From a bacterium (GTDB lineage Bacteria > SAR324 > NAC60-12): DNA of 64,000 bases. The notes below the pieces were generated by a model, which saw only the letters and a program-made list of their open reading frames with translations, made no database searches and was not told where the DNA came from. The stretch lies in NCBI GenBank assembly GCA_965209155.1, contig OZ242383.1:288001-352000 (forward strand), written 5' to 3'. Below, piece after piece: positions 32,217-42,924 of this stretch. Position numbers and translations under genes: made by a program. The first letter of the stretch is position 1, and the number at the start of each line of letters is the position of its first letter.

Positions 32217-33470
32217 AAAAAAGTAAAATTGTTATTGATGACGCCATTGCTGATGTTATTCTTTTTCAGCACACCAGTCTTTGCCCAGACTATCAATATT
32301 TTAACAGATGGTAGTATGGAACTCGAATGGTATGATGCGCTCAGCAAAGCTGCGGGTGTTTCCTCAACGAACACCCTGAATGACAATACTGCCCATCAAG
32401 CGACGGTTCGCCAGCTTTTAAGGACGCCGAAGGCGCCGGCTCTGTTTAAATGGTGGAACTACTACAAGATGACGGATTTGATCGAAGCGGATTTGCTGGA
32501 AGATATCACGGATCTTTACGACGCCCGTGTCAAAAGCGGCGATATGCCGGCAGGTCTGAAAAGCACTTTGGGGAATGTTCCCTTCGATGGAAGAGTCTTC
32601 GCCTTACCGGTGAGTATCAACACCTTTGTTGTATTTTATAATGTGAAGGTCTTTAAAAAATATGGTCTCGAAGCGCCTGAAACCTGGGAAGATCTCTGGC
32701 ATGTTGCGGCGACGTTGAAAGCCAATGGGGTGGCACCCTTCGGTTTCCCATTAATCGAACAAAAGCTCTGGGCGGGGGGGCTTGTGTGGACGGAACTCCT
32801 TATCCGAGATGACCCTGAAACCTACGACAAATTGACGATCGGTGAGGCCAGTTTCGACCACCCCTCCGTTGTTCGTGCGACTGAATTGTGGGCAAAAATG
32901 AATAAATGGGGATATTTCTACGATCATTCAATCGGTTGGGCTGCTAATATGAAAGCATTTGGTGAGGGGAAATTCGGGATGTTTTATGTGGGTGACTGGA
33001 ATGATGGTAATATTCTCGCTGCAGGAATTAAGCCCCATGAGGAATATGATATGTTCGTCTGGCCCGGAAAGACGGAAGCGGGAGCCAAGGCTTTGATCCT
33101 GGAGATCGGTCCTATGGTGTTAGGAAAGAATGCGCCAGCCGATAAAAAGGCACAGGCCAGGAAATGGGTTGATTATTTCATGTCCACAGAAGGAGGGAAT
33201 TTATTTGCTGATGTGAGGCAAATTCCCTTTCCCCACAGAAAGGTGTCTGGAGATAAGCTCAATTCAGTGATACGAGGAGTCCAGAACGATGTTAAAGAGG
33301 GAAAGTTTGAGTTCTATCGGCGATACTTTGAAGGCACCCCGACTGAATTAGCGGACCACATCGGCGGGGAACTCATGGTCAAGATTGCCTTGAATCCCGA
33401 TGATTGGCGGGAGATTCTCCAAGAAGCGAAAACATTTGCCGATAACTACTGGAAACAACACGGCAAATAA
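32214..33470 (+). CDS. ABC transporter solute-binding protein (carbohydrate-type, family 1)
   Basis: Signal peptide MKKVKLLL...VFA; DGRVFALP, FYNVKVFKKYGLEAPETWEDL. Confidence 0.88.
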   Translation: MKKVKLLLMTPLLMLFFFSTPVFAQTINILTDGSMELEWYDALSKAAGVSSTNTLNDNTAHQATVRQLLRTPKAPALFKWWNYYKMTDLIEADLLEDITDLYDARVKSGDMPAGLKSTLGNVPFDGRVFALPVSINTFVVFYNVKVFKKYGLEAPETWEDLWHVAATLKANGVAPFGFPLIEQKLWAGGLVWTELLIRDDPETYDKLTIGEASFDHPSVVRATELWAKMNKWGYFYDHSIGWAANMKAFGEGKFGMFYVGDWNDGNILAAGIKPHEEYDMFVWPGKTEAGAKALILEIGPMVLGKNAPADKKAQARKWVDYFMSTEGGNLFADVRQIPFPHRKVSGDKLNSVIRGVQNDVKEGKFEFYRRYFEGTPTELADHIGGELMVKIALNPDDWREILQEAKTFADNYWKQHGK

Positions 33471-33580
33471 GAATGACAGAGGCAAATCCGCAGTGCCGTT
33501 CGGCAAAAAGAGATCCTTCGCTTTGCTCAGGATGACAAATCATACACTTTTAAAGGCAATTTGGTAAAAGATACTTTGAA

Positions 33581-34534
33581 ATGAGTACGATGAGAGAGAG
33601 CACTGCGGATTTGCCAATAAAAGGAATCCATCGCTACGGCGAGAGGAGGATCCGATGGATGAGTGCGATAGGGCCTTATCTCTATATTCTCCCGGCGCTG
33701 CTCCTCGTTTCTATTATGCTCCTTTTGCCCGTCTTCTTTACGCTTGGCATCAGCTTTACCAAGTGGGATCTCCTCTCAGATCCCCAATGGGTCGGTTTCG
33801 CCCAATATCAGAAGGTGTTTCAGAGTTCAAAATTTCTGACCTCCTTAGGCAATACGCTGCTCTGGACGATGGGAACCATGCTCGTTCCGGTGCTTCTGGG
33901 TTTGTTGCTGGCCGTTGCCTTAGACAGAGTTGCCGGGGAGAGAATCTATAAGTTTATGATCTATCTCCCGCGCGTCCTCGCCCCGACGGTGTTAGGGGTC
34001 ATCTGGAGCTTTATATACGCATCTGATGGCCTCTTGAATGAAGCTTTAAGATTGATCGGATTGGAGGATCTGGCACGATCCTGGCTGCTTAGGCCACCCG
34101 TTAACACATTTGCCATGATTGGTACCTTTACCTGGGGGATCACCGGTATTAACATGATCCTCTTCCTGGTCGGTCTGCAGACCATTTCCAAGGAGATTGT
34201 CGAGGCGGCCAAGATCGAGGGTGCTTCGGAGTGGAAAATATTCACGCATATCAAGCTGCCGCTCCTGGGGCCGATTACCACCATCGTCGTCACGATGTCC
34301 GTCATCGGGAGTTTTACAACCTTCGACCTGGTATGGGTGATGACCAAGGGAGGGCCTTACGGCTCTTCGGAGACCTTGGCGGTCACCATGTTTAACGAGT
34401 CATTTAACCTTTTTCATGTGGGCACGGGCGCGGCCATCGCCATCGTGTTGTCCCTATGCACCCTGGGCTTCTCCATCCTTTACCTGCGCACAGTCTTCAA
34501 GCGAGAGCGAGCGCAAAGAGGAGGGCTCCCATGA
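33581..34534 (+). CDS. ABC permease 1 (carbohydrate-type)
   Basis: EAAKIEGA loop, FDLVWVMTKGGP. Confidence 0.92.
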   Translation: MSTMRESTADLPIKGIHRYGERRIRWMSAIGPYLYILPALLLVSIMLLLPVFFTLGISFTKWDLLSDPQWVGFAQYQKVFQSSKFLTSLGNTLLWTMGTMLVPVLLGLLLAVALDRVAGERIYKFMIYLPRVLAPTVLGVIWSFIYASDGLLNEALRLIGLEDLARSWLLRPPVNTFAMIGTFTWGITGINMILFLVGLQTISKEIVEAAKIEGASEWKIFTHIKLPLLGPITTIVVTMSVIGSFTTFDLVWVMTKGGPYGSSETLAVTMFNESFNLFHVGTGAAIAIVLSLCTLGFSILYLRTVFKRERAQRGGLP

Positions 34535-35373
34535 AACTCAGGATCAAATCCAAACATTTATTTGCTGTTTTCTTTTCCTTCTTGTCCCTGCTTTGGGTGA
34601 TTCCGATCGTGATGGTTTTCTTAATCTCCATGAAGGACAACCGGGAATACATGGTGACGAAGCTGTGGGAAGTGCCAGAGAGCATCTGGCCGCTCTTCAG
34701 CAATTTGGCAGTTGCCATGGAGAAGCTGCACCTGGCCCCGGCTTTGTTAAACAGCTTTATCTATGCTGCGGGCGGTTCGGCCATGGGCGTTTTTTTGGCA
34801 TCGCTGGCGGCCTACAGTTTGGTTAAGTTAAAGGTAAAGATGAGGTTTTTTTTGTTTATGGTTATCTTTAGCGGGACGGTCTTTCCCTTTCAGATCTACC
34901 TGATTCCTTTATTCAAGGGTTATCTTGTGACCGATCTCTATGACTCAAGATTTGGCATGCTACTGATCTACACCACCCTGATGATTCCGTTCTGTCTTTT
35001 AGTTTTTCACAGATATTTCTCCACCATCCCGGATGAATACCTCGAAGCGGCTAAGATCGACGGCGCCTCCTCATTCCGGGTCTATGCGGCGATTGTCCTG
35101 CCAATGTCCAAAGCTCCCTTGATTATCCTCTTCCTCACCCAGTTCACCTGGATTTGGAACGACCTCTTGTTCGCCCAGTTGCTCACCATTTCCGTTGAGA
35201 TACGTCCGGTCATGCCCACGTTGGCGTCACTCAACACTCATACCATGGCTAATTTTGGGATGCCCACTATCATGACCGCCGTCCTGATTGGCTCACTGCC
35301 CATGTTGATCCTGTTTGTCCTCCTGCAGCGTTATTTTATGAAGGGGCTGGTGCTGACCACGGCAGGCGAATAA
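34531..35373 (+). CDS. ABC permease 2 (carbohydrate-type)
   Basis: EAAKIDGA loop, WNDLL; ATGA overlap with permease 1. Confidence 0.92.
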   Translation: MKLRIKSKHLFAVFFSFLSLLWVIPIVMVFLISMKDNREYMVTKLWEVPESIWPLFSNLAVAMEKLHLAPALLNSFIYAAGGSAMGVFLASLAAYSLVKLKVKMRFFLFMVIFSGTVFPFQIYLIPLFKGYLVTDLYDSRFGMLLIYTTLMIPFCLLVFHRYFSTIPDEYLEAAKIDGASSFRVYAAIVLPMSKAPLIILFLTQFTWIWNDLLFAQLLTISVEIRPVMPTLASLNTHTMANFGMPTIMTAVLIGSLPMLILFVLLQRYFMKGLVLTTAGE

Positions 35374-35407
35374 AGAACTCTCATAATTCTATCTAAGGAA
35401 AAACTCA

Positions 35408-36508
35408 ATGGCGAATAAACTGACTCTAAAACAAAAGCGTGCCCTATACCGCGATGGCTACATCATCCTAAAAAACGCTATCCCTCATGACCTCATTGAA
35501 CCAGCTCTAGCTCAAATAGCAAGGAAAGACGAAAATCCAGGTTCAACGAAAGAAATGACCGATCTCATTAATGCCTCTTCGATCACGCCGATTCTCCAAG
35601 AAGCGATCGGCCCGTTCGATCCGCCTAGCGATTGCTTTCCTAACATTCGAGAAGTGAGTCCGCCTGACAATCATTTCAATAACCTCGGTTACCTTGATAA
35701 AGACCAACCGTACTATGGCGCCACATTACACATCGACGGCAGCATGACCATCAATATCCCTCAAGAGGTGCAAAAAGGCACTCCTGAGGAAATCTACACC
35801 CGCTACATTGCTTCCGGCCCCAAAGGAGATCTCGGGCGAAGCCCTGATGTGATTGGAGACAACTTAACTCCAATGTTCGAAGACCCCGACATGACACTCG
35901 GACTGGGCAGTTTTACGGCATTTGTCTTCGTTTGCTTGAATGATCAAACGGTGGAAGGACGTGGCCAAACAGCTCTCCTTTCCGGTGCGCATCATGCTAT
36001 CGAAAAATTTTTTCGCTGGCAACGAGACACGAACAACCACATCGGTGTTGAAGGCCCTGGTTGGCCTCGCCTGAATCATGATGTTCCGAATCGCTGTGGG
36101 CTGGTTTATACTCCTGAAGTAGTTCTCAATCAATTCATCGACGAAACTTCCGAAATGACACCCGATGGGAAACGCTGGCCAAAACCGACTCAGATTCTGA
36201 TGGAGCCGGGGGATGCGTGCATCACGGTCTATCAAATGCCTCATTCTGCAACTCGAAACGAGCACGGTACCGAATCTCGCAAGAATGTCATCTTCCGAAT
36301 TCGCCACAAAAAACGTCAACCCGACAAAGTGGTCTGTGGTAGATGGGATCACCCAGATCGTGGTCCCATGGGGGAGTGGCTCGAATATGAGGAGGGGAAC
36401 AATCCTTGGGAACGATCGAAATTTGCGATGTGCCATATGTGGCACGAATGGGATGGCATGCAAGAGGTTGTCGTCGAAGAAGAAAGAATAATAACGAAGA
36501 GTGCCTGA
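35408..36508 (+). CDS. PhyH-like Fe(II)/2OG dioxygenase-fold protein
   Basis: YRDGYIILKNAIP, LHIDG (HxD), EPGDA...PHS, VIFR. Confidence 0.65.
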   Translation: MANKLTLKQKRALYRDGYIILKNAIPHDLIEPALAQIARKDENPGSTKEMTDLINASSITPILQEAIGPFDPPSDCFPNIREVSPPDNHFNNLGYLDKDQPYYGATLHIDGSMTINIPQEVQKGTPEEIYTRYIASGPKGDLGRSPDVIGDNLTPMFEDPDMTLGLGSFTAFVFVCLNDQTVEGRGQTALLSGAHHAIEKFFRWQRDTNNHIGVEGPGWPRLNHDVPNRCGLVYTPEVVLNQFIDETSEMTPDGKRWPKPTQILMEPGDACITVYQMPHSATRNEHGTESRKNVIFRIRHKKRQPDKVVCGRWDHPDRGPMGEWLEYEEGNNPWERSKFAMCHMWHEWDGMQEVVVEEERIITKSA

Positions 36509-36592
36509 CACCTCTCAATAAAGAGTCTTATTCCGCTCAATTCAAAGGCCAGTAGAACACTCATAATAGGGGACAGGCAAATTATTCTTCCG

Positions 36593-36766
36593 CGTCACGA
36601 TGTCCGTCATCGGGAGTTTTACAACCTTCGACCTGATATGGGTGATGACCAGGGGAGGGCCTTACGGCTCTTCGGAGACCTTGGCGGTCACCTTGTTTAA
36701 GACGAATCCACCATTTACCGGGCCGCCCATGGGTTTCAGGAAGGAACGGATTGGAAGAAAATGTAA
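36593..36766 (+). pseudogene. Chimeric duplicate: permease fragment fused to amidase 3' end
   Basis: 36593-36700 matches 34288-34395; 36701-36766 matches 888-953. Confidence 0.92.
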
Positions 36767-36774
36767 GGAGTTCC

Positions 36775-39700
36775 ATGAAATTCAATCGTATTCTCATCGC
36801 CAATCGTGGGGAAATCGCCATCAGAATTGCTCGGGCTGCAACCGACTTAGGGTTACACACGGTGGCCATTTACTCTGAAGATGACGCAAGATCGTTACAT
36901 ACCCGAATAGCTGATGAAGCTCATCCCTTAGCGGGGCATGGCGTCTCCGCTTATCTCGACATCAACAGTGTGATTCAAGCAGCCAAAACCACGCAATGTG
37001 AGGCCATCCACCCGGGTTATGGATTTTTAGCGGAAAATGCGATGTTTGCCCGTCGCTGCCAGGAAGCCGGACTGACCTTTATTGGTCCGGCAGTGGAAGT
37101 GTTGGAGTTGTTTGGTGATAAAGGACGGGCACGGGCAGCGGCGGCAGCGGCGGATGTTCCCATTGTACGAGGCATCAACAAGGCCGTCTCTGTCGAGGAG
37201 GCACAGGATTTTTTTGCCTCCCTTGATCCGGGTAGCGGTATGATGATTAAAGCCCTCGCCGGAGGGGGAGGCCGGGGGGCTCGAGCGATCACCCGGGTTG
37301 ATGAGATCGAAGCCGCCTATATAAGATGCCAGTCTGAAGCGCTCAGTGCCTTTGGTAATGGTGATCTCTATGTGGAAGAGCTGATCAATCCTGCCCGCCA
37401 CATTGAAGTTCAAATTCTTGGAGATTTAAACGGAACCGTGATGAACCTGGGTGAGCGTGATTGTAGCATTCAGCGACGCTATCAAAAAATGGTGGAGATC
37501 GCCCCTGCTCCCAACCTGCCGGAAAAGCTGCGCTCAGATATGATTGATGCGGCTATGCGATTGGCCAAGAGCGTTTCCTACACCAATCTCGGTACCATTG
37601 AATTTTTAGTCAAGAGGAATCCCGGAGCAGAAGAGCAGCCCTTTGCTTTTATAGAAGCCAATGCCCGTTTACAAGTTGAACACACCGTGACGGAAGCCGT
37701 CACAGGAGTCGACCTGGTTCAGACGCAAATTTGCCTCGCCGCGGGAGAGTCTCTGCACGCCCTGGGATTAGAGACAGCGGGCATTGATAAACCTCGAGGT
37801 TATGCCATTCAAACCCGGATTAACATGGAGACCTTGACGGCTGATGGCAGCATTCGTCCGGCAGGGGGAACCCTTTCTACTTATGAGGTGCCCGGAGGGA
37901 CGGGAGTGCGGACGGATGGATTCGGCTATCGCGGATATGAAACGAATCCCTCCTTCGACTCGTTGCTGGCCAAATTAATTGTCCACACCCCCTCAACGGA
38001 TTTTGCCAAATCTCTCTCAAGAACAAGGCGGACGCTCAATGAGTTTCGCATTGAAGGAGTCGCCACCTCGATTCCCTTTTTACAAAACCTGCTGCAGCAT
38101 CCCGATGTGGCTTCCTGGCAAGTGCATACCCGATTTGTCGAAGAGCACCTGACGAGGCTCACTCAAATTGATCCAACTAGCCAACCTCGCTATTTCAACA
38201 CCACCCAACCCCCGTTGAATGAGAATTCGGATGTCCACTCCGCCGGCTTGGCAGGCGCCCGGATCGATACCCAGGATCCCCTGGCTCTTTTCTCACATGA
38301 TCAGGCTATGAAAAGAGCACAAAGCGAGTCAGCTTCAGAAGCTGATAGGGCCGCGCCCGAGCTGGCCGGGCCCGACGGGACCATCGCCCTCCCTGCCCCC
38401 ATCCAAGGAACGATCGTCAATGTGATGGTTGCTGAAGGGGATACCATCAACCGGGGCCAACCACTGGCCGTCTTGGAAGCGATGAAAATGGAACATGTCA
38501 TTTCATCCGATCACAGTGGGACCATCCGGCGTGTTTCCCTGGCGGTTGGGGATATCATCCGCGAGGGATATCCTCTCTTTTTTATTGAAACCAGTGAAGG
38601 CCAAACCGAGGTAGATGAGGTTGCCGACACCATTGACTTGGATTATATCCGCCCTGACTTGGAGGAGACCTACCAACGACATGCCTACACTTTAGACGAA
38701 AACCGTCCTGAAGCAGTGGCTAAACGTCGCAAGACAGGGCAACGGACAGCCCGGGAAAATATTATTGATCTTTGTGACCCTGACACTTTCTTCGAGTATG
38801 GAGCTTTAGCCGTCGCGGCGCAACGATCCCGACGAGATGAAGAATGGCTCCGCAAATACACTCCCGCCGATGGTTTATTAGCCGGTATCGGAACGGTCAA
38901 TGGGGAACTGTTTGAAGGAGAGGATGCGCGGTGTATGGCCATTGCCTATGATTACACCGTTTTGGCAGGGACCCAAGGCATACGAAATCATTACAAACAA
39001 GATCGCATGTTTCTACTGGCAGATCGTAATCAATTACCAATAGTCATTTTCACAGAGGGAGGAGGGGGACGGCCTGGAGATACTGATTACGTGTCCCCTT
39101 TGGGCATAGATAGTTACACCTTCGCTCAGTTCTCAAAACTCAGCGGACTCGTACCGCTGGTTGGAGTCAACTCAGGACGCTGTTTTGCCGGAAATACCGC
39201 TCTCCTGGCATGCTGTGATGTCATCATTGCCACTGCCAATTCCACCATCGCTATGGGGGGGCCTGCCATGATTGAAGGAGGAGGCCTCGGGATTTACACC
39301 CCGGAAGAAGTCGGCCCCATGTCCATCCAAGTTCCGAACGGTGTCGTTGATATCCTGGTCGAAGATGAGGAAGCCGCAGTAGCCACAGCGAAAAAGTACC
39401 TTTCCTACTTTCAAGGCCCCATCCCGGACTGGGAATCTCCGGATCAAAGGATTTTGCGGCACATTATTCCCGAGAACCGGGTCAGAATGTACAATGTGCG
39501 GGATATCATCGAGACCCTGGCCGATCACGATTCGGTGCTGGAGATCCGTAAAGATTTCGGGATTGGGATTATCACCGCGTTGATTCGAATCGAAGGCCAT
39601 CCTTTCGGATTGATTGCCAATAATCCCCACCACCTGGCCGGAGCCATCGCTAGTGACGGAGCGGATAAAGGAGCACGGTTTCTACAGCTTTGTGATGCCT

Positions 39701-40203
39701 TTGATCTTCCGGTCGTGAGTTTGATGGACTGCCCAGGCATGATGGTCGGCCCTGAGGTGGAAGCCACCGCACTGGTTCGACATTGTGCGCGGCTCTTTAA
39801 TACAGGGGCCAACCTTTCCGTTCCCCTGTTCGGATTAATCCTCCGGAAAGCCTATGGGTTAGGGGGCCAGGCGATGTGTGGAGGAAGCACCTTAGTTCCA
39901 TTCTTCACGGCAGCTTGGCCCACCGCGGAATTTGCCGGGATGAATATTGAGGGGGCGGTCAAGCTAGCCTATCGCAACGAACTGGCTGCCATCGAGGATC
40001 CGGAAGAACGACGGATCCAATACGACGCCATGGTCGCCAAGGGCTATGAAGATGCAAAAGCTTTACACGCGGCCAGCTTTTTCGGGATTGATGACGTCAT
40101 TGATCCCGCAAACTCTCGGCGTTGGATCATGGCCGGGTTGCGGAGTGTCCCTTCCCCTCCACCCCGAACCGGTAAAAAAAGACCCTATGTCGACACTTGG
40201 TAA
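36775..40203 (+). CDS. Single-chain acyl-CoA carboxylase (BC-BCCP-CT), copy A
   Basis: IANRGEIA, EANARLQVEH, EAMKM, DYTVLAGTQG, EGGGGRPG. Confidence 0.93.
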   Translation: MKFNRILIANRGEIAIRIARAATDLGLHTVAIYSEDDARSLHTRIADEAHPLAGHGVSAYLDINSVIQAAKTTQCEAIHPGYGFLAENAMFARRCQEAGLTFIGPAVEVLELFGDKGRARAAAAAADVPIVRGINKAVSVEEAQDFFASLDPGSGMMIKALAGGGGRGARAITRVDEIEAAYIRCQSEALSAFGNGDLYVEELINPARHIEVQILGDLNGTVMNLGERDCSIQRRYQKMVEIAPAPNLPEKLRSDMIDAAMRLAKSVSYTNLGTIEFLVKRNPGAEEQPFAFIEANARLQVEHTVTEAVTGVDLVQTQICLAAGESLHALGLETAGIDKPRGYAIQTRINMETLTADGSIRPAGGTLSTYEVPGGTGVRTDGFGYRGYETNPSFDSLLAKLIVHTPSTDFAKSLSRTRRTLNEFRIEGVATSIPFLQNLLQHPDVASWQVHTRFVEEHLTRLTQIDPTSQPRYFNTTQPPLNENSDVHSAGLAGARIDTQDPLALFSHDQAMKRAQSESASEADRAAPELAGPDGTIALPAPIQGTIVNVMVAEGDTINRGQPLAVLEAMKMEHVISSDHSGTIRRVSLAVGDIIREGYPLFFIETSEGQTEVDEVADTIDLDYIRPDLEETYQRHAYTLDENRPEAVAKRRKTGQRTARENIIDLCDPDTFFEYGALAVAAQRSRRDEEWLRKYTPADGLLAGIGTVNGELFEGEDARCMAIAYDYTVLAGTQGIRNHYKQDRMFLLADRNQLPIVIFTEGGGGRPGDTDYVSPLGIDSYTFAQFSKLSGLVPLVGVNSGRCFAGNTALLACCDVIIATANSTIAMGGPAMIEGGGLGIYTPEEVGPMSIQVPNGVVDILVEDEEAAVATAKKYLSYFQGPIPDWESPDQRILRHIIPENRVRMYNVRDIIETLADHDSVLEIRKDFGIGIITALIRIEGHPFGLIANNPHHLAGAIASDGADKGARFLQLCDAFDLPVVSLMDCPGMMVGPEVEATALVRHCARLFNTGANLSVPLFGLILRKAYGLGGQAMCGGSTLVPFFTAAWPTAEFAGMNIEGAVKLAYRNELAAIEDPEERRIQYDAMVAKGYEDAKALHAASFFGIDDVIDPANSRRWIMAGLRSVPSPPPRTGKKRPYVDTW

Positions 40204-40217
40204 GAACGGAGTATTTT

Positions 40218-41933
40218 ATGGATGAACAAGCCTATTTGAATCGTCTGCAGGAATTATGGCAAAAAAATTGGCCGGAGCATTTACGCATCGACCCGATCTA
40301 CCCCCTGGGAGAAATCCTCATCACCGACTATCTCCAGCAGTGGGCTGCGAAACAACCGGACAAGCCTTGCCTCATTTATTATGGCAGAACCATCACCTTT
40401 AAAGAAATGGACGATTTGAGCAATCGTTTCGCGGCTTTTTTAGCGGCCAAAGGATACCAAAAAAGGGATCGGGTGGCTGTGTTTCTTCCCAACTGTCCTC
40501 AGTTTTATATCGTCTTTTATGGGATTTTGAAGCTGGGTTGCGTGCATGTGCCCGTCAACCCGATGTTCAAAAAACATGAACTGCTTTACGAGCTGCAGGA
40601 TACGGAAGCCGAACTGATCGTGACCTTGGATCAACTGGTCCCCCTGGTGGAGGAGGTCCAAAAGGAAACCAGCGTTCGATCAATCGTGGTCACTCGCCAT
40701 GTGGATTTTTTACCGGATCGCCCCACCATCCCCCTGCATCCGACACTCAGTGCGCCTCACCTGGATTGCCCGGGCAGCATTGATCTGCTCTCCGTGTTCC
40801 AGGAACAAAGCCCGGATTATCCTGAACCCGACGTGAGTTTAGACGACCTGGCCTCGCTCAACTATACCGGGGGAACCACCGGGATGCCCAAAGGGTGCGA
40901 ACACACCCAACGCGATATGATTTATACCATGGCCACTATGACAACCTATAACCTGCATGGAGAAGACGTTGCTCACCCGGTCGGCTTACTTTATGTTCCC
41001 TGCTTTTGGATCGGCGGTCAACTGGGTCTCCTCCTTCCTATCTTTACAGGCAACCCCTTTGTTTTGTTGTCACGGTGGGATCCCCTCGCCGTTTTAACGG
41101 CCATTGACCGTTATCGAGTGACCTCCTTTGGTGGCGTGCTGGATAATTTGGTGGAACTGATGGAACATCCGGATTTGTCTCAATATGATCTTTCTTCGCT
41201 GAAATCTGTTTCTACCAGTTCCTTCATCAAAAAATTGAATCCGGAATATCGACAACAATGGAAGGATCTCACTGGCTTGACCCTCCGGGAAATCGCATAC
41301 GGAATGACGGAAACCCACACCATCGACACCTTCACCACGGGGTTGGATAAAGACGATCGGGATCTCAAAACCACACCGACTTTTTGCGGGTTGCCCATGC
41401 CCGGGACCCAACTGAAGATTCTTGATTTTGAGACCCGGGAGTTGCTCCCCCTGGGAGCAGAAGGAGAAATTGTTATCAAAACCCCCTCCCTGCTCAAATC
41501 GTATTGGAATCAACCGGAAGCGACGAAAGAGAAGCTTCAGGACGGGTGGTTTGCTACTGGAGATATCGGGATGCTGGATGAAGAGGGCTTTTTGCATTTT
41601 CTGGGACGGCGCAAAGAAATGCTCAAGATGCGAGGTATGAGTGTCTTTCCTTCTGAAATTGAAATCATTTTAGGCCACCATCCGGCCATCAATGGATCAG
41701 CGGTTGTGGGAAAACCGGATCCGGCGAAAGGAGAGGTTCCCGTGGCGTTTATCCAATTGAGACCCGAGTTTCCCGACTTGAGTGCCGACGCATTACGCAG
41801 TTGGTGTCAAGAAAACATGGCCACCTACAAAGTCCCGCAAATTCGGTTGATTGATGAATTCCCCCTCACCACCACCGGCAAAGTAAAAAAAGAAGTCTTG
41901 AAAAAAGAATTCCTGAAGGTCTCTGACCTTTGA
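40218..41933 (+). CDS. Acyl-CoA ligase (AMP-forming), copy A
   Basis: YTGGTTGMPKG, YGMTE, TGDIG, PLTTTGKV. Confidence 0.93.
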   Translation: MDEQAYLNRLQELWQKNWPEHLRIDPIYPLGEILITDYLQQWAAKQPDKPCLIYYGRTITFKEMDDLSNRFAAFLAAKGYQKRDRVAVFLPNCPQFYIVFYGILKLGCVHVPVNPMFKKHELLYELQDTEAELIVTLDQLVPLVEEVQKETSVRSIVVTRHVDFLPDRPTIPLHPTLSAPHLDCPGSIDLLSVFQEQSPDYPEPDVSLDDLASLNYTGGTTGMPKGCEHTQRDMIYTMATMTTYNLHGEDVAHPVGLLYVPCFWIGGQLGLLLPIFTGNPFVLLSRWDPLAVLTAIDRYRVTSFGGVLDNLVELMEHPDLSQYDLSSLKSVSTSSFIKKLNPEYRQQWKDLTGLTLREIAYGMTETHTIDTFTTGLDKDDRDLKTTPTFCGLPMPGTQLKILDFETRELLPLGAEGEIVIKTPSLLKSYWNQPEATKEKLQDGWFATGDIGMLDEEGFLHFLGRRKEMLKMRGMSVFPSEIEIILGHHPAINGSAVVGKPDPAKGEVPVAFIQLRPEFPDLSADALRSWCQENMATYKVPQIRLIDEFPLTTTGKVKKEVLKKEFLKVSDL

Positions 41934-41952
41934 GATGAATCAGGAGAATCCA

Positions 41953-42089
41953 ATGAGTGAACCGTCATTTAAAATGAGCGATTTATTTTCTATATTTACC
42001 TCGCTTCTCCAGCAGCCTCCTACCTCAATGGTGTTGTGATTCCGGTGGATGGGGGATTTGTATCAAATGACGTTTGTGGCCAAGGATGA
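41953..42089 (+). pseudogene. SDR oxidoreductase with near-total internal deletion
   Basis: MSEPSFKMSDLFS joined to YLASPAASYLNGVVIPVDGG. Confidence 0.75.
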
Positions 42090-42135
42090 CGCTGATCTTG
42101 AAATCATTTTATTTTTTATCTGAGCGGAGTGGAAA

Positions 42136-42245
42136 GGAGGAGCAAGAAAGGACCGACTCACTTCAGCCAGTTTTCACCGCTGTTGTATGAAATTTTTAGC
42201 AAGACCTTGTTTGAAAACGGTTTCATCAGTGCGCATTATTTAAAT
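42136..42245 (+). pseudogene. Hotdog gene fragment (left half of a split copy)
   Basis: RBS region joined at AAGG to sequence matching ~5463-5560. Confidence 0.85.
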
Positions 42246-42358
42246 GTTGAGGGGAAGCTTACATCTCGAACTTCCAATCGCTCACTTTCATCTTCATGAC
42301 CTCTTTGGTATCCTTACCTAAAAAACCTGCATTCTAATTTCGAAATGGAGAAAATCGT

Positions 42359-42613
42359 ATGAAATGGTCAAAGATCCGCCAACAATATCCTGACAAATTT
42401 ATTTTGATTGGAAATCTTGTCGAAGAGTCGATTTCTAACACAAAGTCGAAAATACTCGAAGGAAAAGTATTAGAAGTCAGCGATGATGGGAAAGAGATTA
42501 GAAGGAAATACCGAGAATATAAACAACGAGGGTTCAATGTCCTATATGCCCTGCCCTCCACCTCACAAGAATTTATTGTTGAGAATGTTCCATTCAAAGG
42601 CATCCTCAAATGA
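42359..42613 (+). CDS. Small DUF5678-like protein, partner of an aspartyl protease
   Basis: MKWSKIRQQYPDKFILI. Confidence 0.55.
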   Translation: MKWSKIRQQYPDKFILIGNLVEESISNTKSKILEGKVLEVSDDGKEIRRKYREYKQRGFNVLYALPSTSQEFIVENVPFKGILK

Positions 42614-42705
42614 AATTTAAATTCAAAGACGGATTAATATGGGTTTCAATAGAGCTTGTTTACGAAAACAAACCCTACGCAATCAATAATTGTATCATAG
42701 ATAGA
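42610..42705 (+). pseudogene. Truncated retropepsin-like aspartyl protease
   Basis: MKFKFKDGLIWVSIEL...NCIID breaks where D-T-G is expected. Confidence 0.5.
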
Positions 42706-42924
42706 GATCTTTTCTCTTCTCGATCTTCTTCTTTCCAAGGGTGCCCCTTGTCAAGCGTTCAAAAAAAGGGTCAAATCCTTTTTTGCTTTATCCAAGGTTT
42801 AAATGTGGGGTAATCCCTTGATACTCTTTGCTCCGCAGAGGGTCTTCCACTCCAGGGGACATCGTAGTGACCCTGACTGGTGAGCAGGACTAGTTGGAGT
42901 ATCGCTTGTGAGAGGCATAGAATT

